In this document: piece by piece, positions 51,430 to 62,689 of the stretch | How positions within the stretch are numbered: the stretch's first letter is position 1 | How the letters are laid out: every line of letters starts with the position of its first letter | Notes under the pieces: model-generated | Databases searched by the model: none | Seen by the model: only the letters and a program-made list of their open reading frames with translations | What the model was told of the DNA's origin: nothing | Made by a program: the position numbers and the translations under genes | NCBI RefSeq assembly: GCF_030028105.1 | Contig: NC_092396.1 | Coordinates: 21,597,820-21,661,819 of the forward strand | Source of the DNA: Mobula birostris | Taxonomy: Eukaryota | Reading direction: 5' to 3' | DNA: 64,000 nucleotides

Positions 51430-52471
51430 GCCACACACATTAAGGTTGCTGGTGAACGCAGCAGGCCAGGCAGCATCTCTAGGAAGAGGTACAGTTGACG
51501 TTTCAGGCCGAGACCCTTTATCAGGACTAACTAAAAGAAGAGCTAGTAAGAGATTTGAAAGTGGGAGGGGGAGGGGAGATCCAAAATGATAGGAGAAAAC
51601 AGGAGGGGGAGAGATGGAGCCAAGAGCTGGACAGGTGATTGGCAAAAGGGATACGAGAGGATCATGGGACAGGAGGCCCAGGGAGAAGGAAAAGGGGGAG
51701 GGGGGAAAAACCCAGAGGATGGGCAAGGGGTATAGTGAGAGGGACAGAGGGAGAAAAAGGAGAGAGAGGAAAAGAATGTGTGTATATAAATAAATAACAG
51801 ATGGGGTACGAGGGGGGGTGGGGCATTAGCAGAAGTTTGAGAAGTCAATGTTCATGCCATCAGTTTGGAGGCTACCCAGACAGAATATAAAGTGTTGTTC
51901 CTCCAACCTGAGTGTGGCTTCATCTTTACAGTAGAGGACGTCGTGGATAGACATGTCAGAATGGGAATGGGATGTGGAATTAAAATGTGTGGCCACTGGG
52001 AGATCCTGCTTTCTCTGGCGGACAGAGCGTAGGTGTTCAGCGAAATGATCTCCCAGTCTGCGTGGGGTCTCGCGAATATATAGAAGGCCACATCGGGAGC
52101 ACCGGACGCAGTATATCACCCCAGCCGACTCACAGGTGAAGTGTAGCCTCACCTGGAAGGACTGTCTGGGGCTCTGAATGGTGGTAAGGGAAGAAGTGTA
52201 AGGGCATGTGTAGCACTTGTTCCACTTACAAGGATAAGTGCCAGGAGGGAGATCAGTGGGGAGGGATGGGGGGAACGAATGGACAAGGGAGTCGCGTAGG
52301 GAGTGATCCCTGCGGAAAGCAGAGGTGGGGGGGAGGGAAAGATGTGCTTAGTGGTGGGATCCTGTTGAGGTGGCGGAAGTTACGGAGAATAATATGTTGG
52401 ACCCGGAGGCTGGTGGGGTGGTAGGTGAGGACCAGGGGAACCCTATTCCTAGTGGGGTGACAGGAGGGTGG
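51430..52471 (-). mobile_element. Penelope-like (Neptune-type) element, GIY-YIG region and 3' end
   Basis: GVIYCVRCSRCGLLYI.ET; TSD ATCTGTATATCCAT at 51416-51429 and 52472-52485. Confidence 0.93.
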
Positions 52472-52811
52472 ATCTGTATATCCATTCTCACTGAGCACAG
52501 GTTGCAATTTGTGCAGGATGGTTCTCTGTGCATGTTGTCTGTGTTCCACTATCTTTGAACTGGATTGTTTCTTTTGTTGGTACTGCAGGATAACGAGCAT
52601 GAATGGCAAGTGATAAAGCAAAAGTTTCCTCTGTACTGGCTACCTGTGCCTCTTTGTACGTCCACAGAGTCCCCCAAAAAGGAGGGGGTTTGTGAAATGC
52701 TGTTTTCTGGTGCACTGATCTCCCATTGATAGCTGGGCTTGGGACACTGAGTTTGCCTACCTTGGAGTGTGGGTTGTGATGTGTAATCAATGCCAACGTG
52801 CTGTGTTTCAG

Positions 52812-53728
52812 GCCTGATGGAGAAGTTGCAGCAGTCACAAACTGACCCCAGTGCTGAGGACAAGAGTGCCGCGCCCAGCCACGACCCAAGGCGCTTCACG
52901 TGCGGGGAGTGCGGCAAGAGCTTCAAGCAGCACTGTGACCTGAAGCGGCACGGCAGGGTGCACAGCGGTGAGCGGCCGTACTGGTGCCCAGCCTGCGGCA
53001 AGCGCTTCAGCACCTCCTACAACTTGCTGATCCACCAGCTGATCCACAGCGGTGAGAAGCAGTACAAGTGCCGGGCTTGCGGCCGGGAGTTCGTGCAGCA
53101 GCACCATCTCGTCACCCACCAGCGCACCCACACGGGCGAGAAGCCCTACCCGTGCCCGGTGTGCGGCAAAGCCTTCCGCCAGTCCTCCACCATGATGGTG
53201 CACCGGCGAATCCATGGCGAGGAGCGGCCCTACCGCTGCCCTGACTGTGCCAAGAGCTTCAAGACCTCGTCCAACCTGTCCAAGCATCGGCGCATCCACA
53301 CGGGCGAGCGGCGCTTCGTCTGCGAGGTGTGCTCCCGCCGCTTTCTGCACTCCCACCACCTGACCACGCACCGCCGCACCCACGTGGGCGAGCAGCCCGC
53401 CTCCTGCCCTCTCTGCGGCCAGCACTTCGGTGACCCGGAGCAGCTCCTGGCTCACCGCCGGGCGCACGCCGGCGAGCCTCCCTACAGCTGCGAGACCTGT
53501 GGCAAAGGCTTTGGCCAGCGCTCCACGCTGGTGCGCCACCGCCGCACGCATACCGGCGAGAAGCCTTACGCCTGCCCCATCTGCGCCAAGACGTTCCGGC
53601 AGACTTCCACCATGCAGGTGCACTATCGCACGCACTCCGAGGATCGGCCGTACCGCTGCCTGCAGTGTGGCAAGGGCTTCAAGAGTGCCTCCAATCTGAT
53701 CGGGCATCATCGTGTACACAGAAGGTAG
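52812..53728 (+). CDS. C2H2 zinc-finger protein, 10 tandem fingers, main exon
   Basis: Ten CxxC-x12-HxxxH repeats with TGEKP-like linkers; acceptor TGTGTTTCAG ends at 52811; in-frame ATG 52817; high GC3; TAG stop. Confidence 0.93.
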
Positions 53729-54039
53729 AGCATCGCCTGACTTGTAATGGACTCGTTTTCATCAGGCAGGACAGTGCGATTGTAGAGACAGTGACTCACT
53801 GGCTGAGGACTTTCTGAGTGACTGTAATGACATGGGTGGAGCATTTTAATTTAGTGGATGCCCTCAAATCATTGAGCTTGGGGTATTAACAGCCAGCTAA
53901 AGCCAAAGTTTTATAACAAGTGTGAGATGGCACAGTCTTGGGATGTTTCTCTATACGGGCTAGTGCACAACTTTCAAACGCACATTAACTTTTTGAATTG
54001 ATTGAAAGTCTTTGAATGTCTCATCTTTAACAACAGGAT

Positions 54040-55748
54040 TGGATGTCCAATCCTTATATACTTCCATTCCCCATCAAGAAGGCCTCAAAGCCCTCCGCCA
54101 CTTTCTGGACAATAGACCTCACCAGTTCCCCACCACCACGACCCTCCTCTGGTTGGCAGAATTGGTACTCACACTTAATAACTTCTCTTTTAGCTCTTCC
54201 CACTTTCTTCAGACCAAGGGTGTAGCTATGGGCACTTGCATGGGCCCCAGCTATGCCTGCCTCTTCATTGGTTATGTGGAACAGTCTATGCTCCAAACCT
54301 ATACTAGTACTGCTCCCCAACTTTTCCTTCGCTACATTGACGACTACATTGGTGCTGCTTCCTGCACCCATGCTGAGCTTGTCAATTTCATCAACTTTGC
54401 TTCTAACTTTCACCCAGCCCTCAAATTCACTTGGTCCATCTCGGACACTTCTCTCCCCTTTCTCGATCTCTTGGTCTCCATCTCTGGAGACAGACTGTCC
54501 ACTGACATCTTCTATAAGGCCACTGACTCTCAAAACTACCTCGACTATACCTCTTCCCACCCTGCCACATGCAAAGATGCTATTCCCTATTCCCAGTTCC
54601 TCCGTCTCCGCCACATCTGCTCCCAGGATGAGGCTTTCCATTCCAGGACATCTCAAATGTCCTCTTTCTTTAAGGGTCATGATTTCCCTTCTACCGTCAT
54701 CAATGACGCCCTCACCCACATCTCCTCCATTTCCCTCACTTCGGCCCTCACCCCATCCCCCCGCCACCACAACAGGGACAGAGTTCCCCTTGTTCTCACC
54801 TACCACCCTACCAGCCTCCGGATCCAGCACGTTATCCTCCGCAATTTCCACCACCTTCAACAGGACCCTACCACTAAGCACATCTTTCCCTCTCCACCCC
54901 TCTCCGCTTTCCGCAGGGATCATTCCCTCCGCAACTCCCTGGTCCACACATCCCTCCCCACGGATCTCCCACCCGGCACTTATCCCTGTAAGCGTAAGTG
55001 CTACACCTGTCCCTACAGCTCCTCTCTTGCTGCCATTCAGGGCCCCAAACAGTCCTTCCAAGTGAGGCAACACTTCACTTGTGAGTCTGTTGGGGTCATC
55101 TATTGCATCCGGTGCTCCCGGTGCGGCCTCCTCTACATCGGTGAAACCCGACGCAGATTGGGGGACTGCTTCGTCGAGCACCTCTGCTCCGTCCGCCACA
55201 ACAGACAGGATCTCCCAGTAGCCACCCACTTCAACTCTGCTTCCCACTCCCATTCAGATATGTCCATACATGGCCTCCTCTACTGCCATGATGAGGCCAG
55301 ACTCAGGTTGGAGGAGCAACACCTCATATACTGTCTGGGTAGTCTCCAACCCCTTGGTATGAACATAGAATTCTCCAACTTCCGGTAATTCCCTCCCCCT
55401 CCCTTCCCCTATCCCTATTTCACTCTGCCCCCTCCTCCAGCTGCCTATCACCTTCCTCATGGTTCCACCTCCTTCTACTACCCATTGTGTTTTCCCCTAT
55501 TCCTCCTTCACCCTTCCTGACTATCACCTCCCTGCTTCCCCTCCCCCACCCCTTTATCTTTCCCCTTACTGGTTTTTCACCTGGAACCTACCAGCCTTCT
55601 CCTTCCCACCCTCACCCCACCTTCCTTATAGAGCCTCTGCCCCTTCCCTCTTCAGTCCTGATGAAGGGTCTCGGCCCGAAACGTTGACTGTTCGTTTCCA
55701 CGGATGCTGCCCGACCTGCTGAGTTCCTCCAGCGTGTTGTGCGTGTTG
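54040..55748 (+). mobile_element. Young 5'-truncated Penelope-like (Neptune-type) retroelement: RT + Cys linker + GIY-YIG endonuclease
   Basis: Open frame to 55388: LDVQSLYTSIP, QTKGVAMG, LRYIDD, CKRKCYTC, VIYCIRCSRCGLLYIGET; TSD CTTTAACAACAGGAT (54025-54039) / CTTTAAGAACAGTGAT (55749-55764). Confidence 0.95.
55653..55690 (+). ncRNA. Minimal type I hammerhead ribozyme in the PLE 3' terminus
   Basis: Stem I CAGUC/GACUG; core CUGAUGA; extra A; stem II GGGU-CUCG-GCCC; GAAA; palindromic ACGU helix III; GUU cleavage triplet. Confidence 0.8.
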
Positions 55749-56194
55749 CTTTAAGAACAGTGATGTACCCAGAAACTTTAAAACTTGACTTGGTTTTCTG
55801 TAGCACTCTTCGGTTCCCTTTCAGGACACCCCAAAGTACCTTGCAATGAAAATTTTTTTAATGCAGTCGCTTGCAAAACAATATGTGGGCACCTAGCTCC
55901 CTCAAACAGTGATGTGTTAACGAACAGATAATGTGTTTTACTGGTGGTAACTGAGAGATAAATATTTGTTTCTTTGCAAACTGGAATTGGTCTGTGGAAC
56001 ATTCCATGATGCAGACGGAGGCTGGGAAATTCCAAAGCAGAGACTGAGAATGAGAATGGAGGGAAATGTATGTTGATGTTTTTAAAAGTGTGGAGCAATA
56101 CTTCATACGCCACATGCAATGGATTTGATTGGCTTAGATACTACCACTTTATTTTCAGTTTGACAATTTCATTTGATAGAACATTAGGTTTATA

Positions 56195-56465
56195 TGCCAC
56201 GAGGGGGCATAGTTTTAAGGTGCTTGGAAGTAGGTACAAGGGGGAATGTCAGACGTAGGTTTTCCACACACAGAGTGGTGGGTGTGTGGAATGCACTGTC
56301 AGCGAAGGTGGTAGGGATGGATACAATAGGGTCTTTTATTGAGCTTAGAAAATAGAGGGCTATGCGGTAAGGAAATTCTAGGCAGTTTCTAGAGTAGGTT
56401 ACATGGTCAGTACAACATCGTGGGCTGAAGGGCCTGTAATGTGCTGTAGGTTTCTATGTCTATGT
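56195..56465 (+). mobile_element. CR1 LINE 3' fragment
   Basis: TRGHSFKVLGSRY; same family as 31492-32130. Confidence 0.88.
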
Positions 56466-57481
56466 AGATTATTTATTTAAAATTGCTTCACATTTTAAGC
56501 TTGTAAGCACAAATTTTTTGAGAAGGTGAAATCTGCAGATGATGGAAATCTGAATGTACTGTGCATTTGGTGTACATACTGTGCTCTCTTCTACACTGGA
56601 GAAACCAAATGAAGATGGAAAGATGAGCAGAACACCTCTATCCAGGATGCCACCAACTTTGTGATTTCAGCCACTCTCCGTCACCCTCTATTGCTTCAAT
56701 TCCAATGTCATCATTTTCCTCCATTGCTCTGATGATGTTTAACGTAAGCTCCACGAACAAGACTCACTTTTATTTGGACACATTGATGCTTTTGGGCCTG
56801 AACATTGAATTTAACAATTTCAATTTACCAACCATTCCCTTTATCTGCTCCATAGATGTGGCTATACGTTTATTTCAATTTGGTGATCTCTTTATAATCT
56901 GACTTCATGTTTTTCCTTTTAATTGTCACTTTGACGAATTAGGTTTGCACCTCATCACAGACTCACCCTCTTCTCTTGACACTCACTCACTCTGCATCTT
57001 AATACAGACTTGTTTTCTCTCCTTCATTCCAGTCGTTTTTCACCCAAAATGTTGACTCTGTTTCTCTCTCCACAGATGTTTTCAACATTTTTTTTGGTTT
57101 TTATCTAAGATCTACTGTTGCTGTAAAGTATTCCCACTCAGACTAGCCGATTGTTTAGCTGCATGATAGCAAGATTTAGCTTGGAGATCAAGGTACATTC
57201 ATATATTCATACTTGGGAATCAAACATGAAGATAATCCAAGATATGTGAATCAATTTAATGTATTATGAAGTATAAAATGGCCTTTTTAAAAAAGCAAGT
57301 TTTCTCATTAAAAACTTCCTTCTTTGAGCCCCATCCTGGTCCCCGAATGTTGAGTAATTAGTGTTGTTGAGTTAGAGTTTGACTCTCTTAGCATTTATCT
57401 TGAGAAGTAGGCGCTCTTTAATAAACAAGTGTTAAGACTCTCTACTGTCAGTACAGGTTTAGCAACCTCCCTGCTATAAGG

Positions 57482-59366
57482 AACTCAGCAGGCCAGGCAG
57501 CCTCTATGGAAAAGAGTAGTCAACGTTTCACGCCAAGACCCTTCTTCAGGACTGGAAAAAAAGATGAGGAGTCAGAGTGAGAGGCTGGGCGGAAGGGAGG
57601 AAGAAACACAAGGTGATAGGTGAAACCAGAAATGGGGGAAAGGGGTGAAGTAAAGAGCTGGGAAGTTGATTGGTGAAAGAGATACAGGGCTATAGAAGGG
57701 GAAATCCAATGGGAGAGGGCAGAAGACCATGGAAGAAAGAAAAGGGGGAGAAACACCAGAGGAGGCGATAGGCAGTATGGAGATAAGGTGAGAGAAGGAA
57801 ATGGGAATAGGGAATGGTGAAGGGGTTGACCATTACTGGGAGTTCGAGAAATCAATGTTCATGCCATCAGGTTGGAGGCTACCCAGATGGAATATAAAGT
57901 ATTGCTGCTTTAACCTGAGTGTGGCCTCACTGCGACAGTAGAGGAAGCCGTGGTCTGACATAGGGGAATGGGAAGTGGAATTAAAATGGGTTGCCACTTG
58001 AAGATCCCACTTTTTCTGTTGGACAGAGTGTAGGTGCTCGGTGACGTAGTCTCCCAATCTGCATCAGGTCTCGCCAATATAAGGGAGGCCACACCGGGAG
58101 CACTGGATACAGTAGGTGACCCCAGTAGACTCACAGGTGAAGTGTCGCCTCATTTGGAAGGACTATTTGGGGCCCTGAATAGTGGTGAGGGAGGAGGTGT
58201 AGAGGCAGGTGTAGCACTTGTTCCGCTTGCAAGGATCATTTCGGGAGGGAGATCATTGGGGAGGCATGAATCCACAAGGGAGTTGTGTAGGGAGCGATCC
58301 CTGTGGAAAGCAGAAAGTGATGTGGAGGGAAAGATGTGCTTGGCGGTGGGACCCTGTTGGAGGTGGTGGAAGTTACAGGGAATATGTACTGAACACGGAG
58401 ACTGGTGGGTGGTAGGTGAGGACCAGAGGAAACATCCCTGGTGGGGTGGTGATAGGATCCCACCCCCCACTTTCTGCAGGGATGGCTCCCTACACGACTG
58501 CCTTGTCCATTTGTACCTCCCCACCGATCTCCCTCCGGCACTTATTTTTGCAAACAGAAGAAGTGCTACACCTCCTCCCTCACTACCGTTCAGGCCCCGA
58601 AACAGTCCTTCCAGGTGTGGCGACACTTCACCTGTGAGTCTACTGGGGTCATTGACTGTATCCGGCGCTCCCAGTGTGGCCTCCTGTATATCGGGGAGAT
58701 CCGACAGATTGGGAGACCGCTTTGTTGAGCACCTACGCTCTGTCCACCTGAAAAAGTGTGATCTCCTTCCTAGTAGCCACCCATTGTAATTCCACTTCCC
58801 ATTTCCATTCCAACATGCCAATCCATGGTCTCCTGTACTGTCGCGATGAGGCCACACTCAGGTTGGAGGAGCAACACGTTATGTTCCTTCTGGGCAGCCA
58901 CCAACCTGATGGCATGAACATCGATTTCTCAAACTTCCAGTACTGCTCCCCCACTTTCTCCTTCACCATTCCCCATTCCCATTTCCCTCTCTTACCTCAT
59001 CTCCTTCCCTGCCCATCACCTCCCTCTGGTGCTCCTCCCCCTTTTCTTTCTTCCATGGCCTTCTGTCCTCTCCTATCAGATTCCCTTTCCTCCAGCCCTA
59101 TCTCTCCTTCACCAATCAACTGACCAGCTCTTTTCTTCACCCCTCCCCACTTCCCGGTTTCATCTATCACCTTGTGTTTCTTCCTGCCCTCCCTCTACTT
59201 TCTTACTGACTCCTCATCTTTTTCTCCAGTCCTGATGAAGGGTCTCAGCACAAAACTTCAACTGTTTACTCTTTCAATAGATGCTGCCTGGCCTGCTGTG
59301 TTGCTCCAGCATTTTGTGTGTGTTGCTTGGATTTCCAGCATCTGCAGACTTTCTCTTGTTTGTAAT
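57482..59366. mobile_element. Palindromic Penelope-like insertion (minus arm to about 58450, plus arm from about 58455)
   Basis: Both arms carry GIY-YIG remnant and 3' UTR; TSD TCCCT(G/C)CTATAAGG at 57468-57481 and 59367-59380. Confidence 0.92.
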
Positions 59367-61309
59367 TCCCTCCTATAAGGTCAGTTTCTTCAATTTTTTG
59401 CTGCAGGACTGTCATTCAGCGTAACAGTCATCCAGCTAGAAATGTTTTCCAGGGATGGGCGAATCCAGATAAATCTAACCCCAAAGCCTGAGGTCCTATC
59501 TCCACATTCAAGGCTGGCTTTGATAAGTCTCTCAGAAGCACGGTGATAGTGGGTGAGATATCTGCTCTTGCACAGTCAGTAATCAAGGTGGGTCTCCCAA
59601 GCTTATTACTAAGATAGAGTCATGTACAAAATGCTCTTTGCTTTTTGATTGCCTCCAAGTGAGAATCATCTCAATGAAAGAACTTGGCACAATCTTTCCT
59701 TCTCCATAAAACAGTTTTCTGAAAATTAGCATGTTGAATGATGTGGGCTTGACATCTTTAATAAAACTAATCTGAAGTGACCATCCCATTTTTTGCAACT
59801 CCAAGCCAATCCTTTGCATAGTGTGGTTTGGAAGACCTATTGCTTGGCTGACGTAAACTGTAGTCTATTTGTTTTAATCTGAGTTCAAGGATACATTCCC
59901 TGGCATGGTGGTGACATTGCTCAACGTTAGCAGTCACATTCATGAGACAGGAGATCAGGGGTTCAAACATCACGCAAGGTCATCCTGGCTGATACTTCGG
60001 GTAGAAGCTGAGCTACATCATCTGAGGTGCTGCTTCAGGGAAGGAAATGAGGAGTGGGATGCATCGCTGTTCTCGGGCGGAGGCACAATAGGTTGAATGG
60101 CTACTTTCTGTCCTGTATCATACTTCTTACAGTGAAATCGTTGCTCTCTTCAGGTAAGACACTGGATGTGCCACATTAATTGGGGGAGGGAAAAGTAGTC
60201 ATGTGTGAATGTTGTACTGAAGCAATATGACTTCCTAAGATCTCACCAGATGCCTATTTTGTCACTGAATATTCTAACCCAAGTGCTCTAGTAAGCAACT
60301 TAATAAAATAATACAGATGCTTAATCAAAGTAGTAAAAGTCTTATACATCTCTCTGCATTGATAATTTTGGTGTGAGGTAACTCATTTCACTCACAGTAT
60401 ACCACAATCCTGTGCTTGCTCCTTCATGTCTAGTCAGTTAATACTTTGTTTTTGGTGCATGGGAGTTCAGTGGGAACTGTTTCAGATGTTTCCATCTTGG
60501 GTGTAAAAGATAAAATTGAGGTTAGCCCATTGATGCCCGTGCTATTGAGGTCCTGAGGCTTCAGTTCTTTGCATAAAGCCCTTTTCAATTTTTAAGATGT
60601 TTCTTGCAAGCTACTTTATTGATCTGAATACCTCAAGTGGCTTGGTTGCTCATTTTTGTGTGACAGTACTTTCACGTTGCATCCTGGGACGATTCCTAGA
60701 AAGATACAGCTCAGAAGTAGGCCTTTTGGTCCATTCAGTCTGTCGATCATAAACCACCCATTAACACTAATCCTACATTAAGCCCTTTAAAAACTTTTCC
60801 CTCACACTGTCAGTAACTCGCTCTATACTATACTACTCACTTATACTTAGGCTCAATATACAGCACACTGGCCAATTTACCTACTGACCCCTGTGACTTT
60901 GGAACCTGGAGGAAACTCGTGGTCACAGGGAAAACATAAAATGAAAGGAAAATTGTAGTTCACCGATCTACCTGAAACGGCACTATATTCTGTGTACAAA
61001 GGTCACCTTCTCCATCCACATCATTATCCTCAAGTAGCTCCATTATCAACTACATTAGACTTCTCTTGGAGCATTGTCAATCAGTTCCAGGTCCCATTTC
61101 AGTTATAGAGTGAAACTGCAGGAATATATTTTATAGAAAACCTTGTGTTGCGTAAACTTGCCTTCATTTGTAGTCTGAATGTAAGTCCACATTCTAGTTA
61201 TGAGAAATACTTTCAAATCCAGTCACTTTTACCTATTTTTATTTTACCAGACAATTTCCATTAAATGGTTATCAGTAAAACCCATAGATTACTGTTCTTT
61301 GGCAATTGT

Positions 61310-61660
61310 GGGCCATTATCATCATTATATACCATGTCATATGATGCAGATAATCGTGAATGGTCTTGGCAAATTTTTCTACAGAAAGTGATTTGCCATT
61401 GCCTTCTTCTGGACAGAGTCTTTACAGGACAGGTGACCCCCAATCATTATCAACATTCTTCAGAGATTGTCTGCCTGGCGTCAGTGGTTCCATAACCAGG
61501 ACTGGTGATATGACCATGCACCACCTGCTCCCATGGCTTCACATAACCAGGATTAAAGTCTAACCTTGCCCAAAGGCGGCCTGCAGGCTAGCGGAGGGGA
61601 GGGAAGGGAAGGAGTGCCTTACATCTCCTTTGATGGAGATGTATCTCCACCCCACCAATT
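61310..61660 (-). mobile_element. RTE/BovB-related short retroelement
   Basis: Minus strand GAAGAAGGCAATGGCAAATCACT resembles the Bov-A/RTE motif; (ATG/ATA)n-like tail. Confidence 0.55.
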
Positions 61661-62689
61661 ATGGGTACAAAATAAATATCCACCACCAGTTGAAGGAATA
61701 GAAATAACTGCTTCCATTCCAGTGGGTGAATGAGAGAGTATTTTTAAACAACTCTTTCTGAAAATTTCCTTTACTCATTGCATAGATACACCTACAATAA
61801 CGAAGCCTAATTTCTTTGTAAGAAATAGAGCTGTGAAAATTCCCCACTGAAAGCTACCGAACTAATAATTTACATTTTGTGAGGCTGATATTTTCTTATA
61901 TATTGATATTATTTTTGAGCATTTGCATAAACTTCCCCTGTTTTTGGATGTGGGTAGCACAGTCAAATTGTTAAATTATTGTGCACTTTCTCCTCAAAGC
62001 TCAACTCCTACAGTAGTATTTTCAGTATTATAATATATTTTCCAGTAACTCAATAAGGTTTCAAGAAAAGATGCTGAGTGTTAAACTATTTAGGCTAATA
62101 TTGTCATTCCTGTCTCCATATCGCTTATGATTCAAAGAATAGTAACTATACACCACAGCCTGGTACTGATTCTTGGCATTTGCTGAAGTGGCTCTGTAGT
62201 CTGAGTTATAGGAACCTGTGATTAGTTTAGTAAAATTGGAATCAGGTTTAATATCACAGGCATATGATGTGACGTTTGTCAACTTTACGGCAGCAGTACA
62301 ATGTAATACATGATAAATAAATACATACAGAGAAATGGGTGCAAACTGAAGCCAGAGTTGGTTATGAATGATGCATAGGAAGCTAATGGTGGGAGGAGGC
62401 ACGGAGTGTATGGTTAATTTCCTGTTTGAGTCACTCAAAGGCTCCTTTTATTCTATCTGAAAATAATCGTGTCCCAGTCTGGTCTCTCTATTTAGATGAG
62501 GCCACAAAAGGAATTTTACAAAGCATCACCAGTTTGATCACTGGGATAGACATATTGTCGAATGAGGAGTGATTGAGCAGTCTGGGCCTGAAATCTTCAG
62601 AACTGAGCATTAGAGATAATCTCATTGAAATGTACAAATATTTACAATACAGGAATGAACAATCATGGCGCTAATTTAAACGAATCCCA

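Noticed and set aside
52835-53719. 294-aa antisense ORF over the zinc-finger exon
   Set aside because: Shadow of high-GC3 repetitive coding sequence; no domain or independent signals.
54054-55253. 399-aa antisense ORF and 270-aa alternate-frame ORF in the Penelope element
   Set aside because: Expected from the C-rich, stop-poor composition; low-complexity translations.
51430-55748. ZNF exon captured and moved by a Penelope element (inverted PLE arms on both sides)
   Set aside because: Each arm has its own TSD (51416/52472 and 54025/55749) and the termini differ, so they are independent insertions.
58034-58857. Overlapping 251-aa and 235-aa ORFs on opposite strands
   Set aside because: Artefact of the palindromic Penelope insertion.
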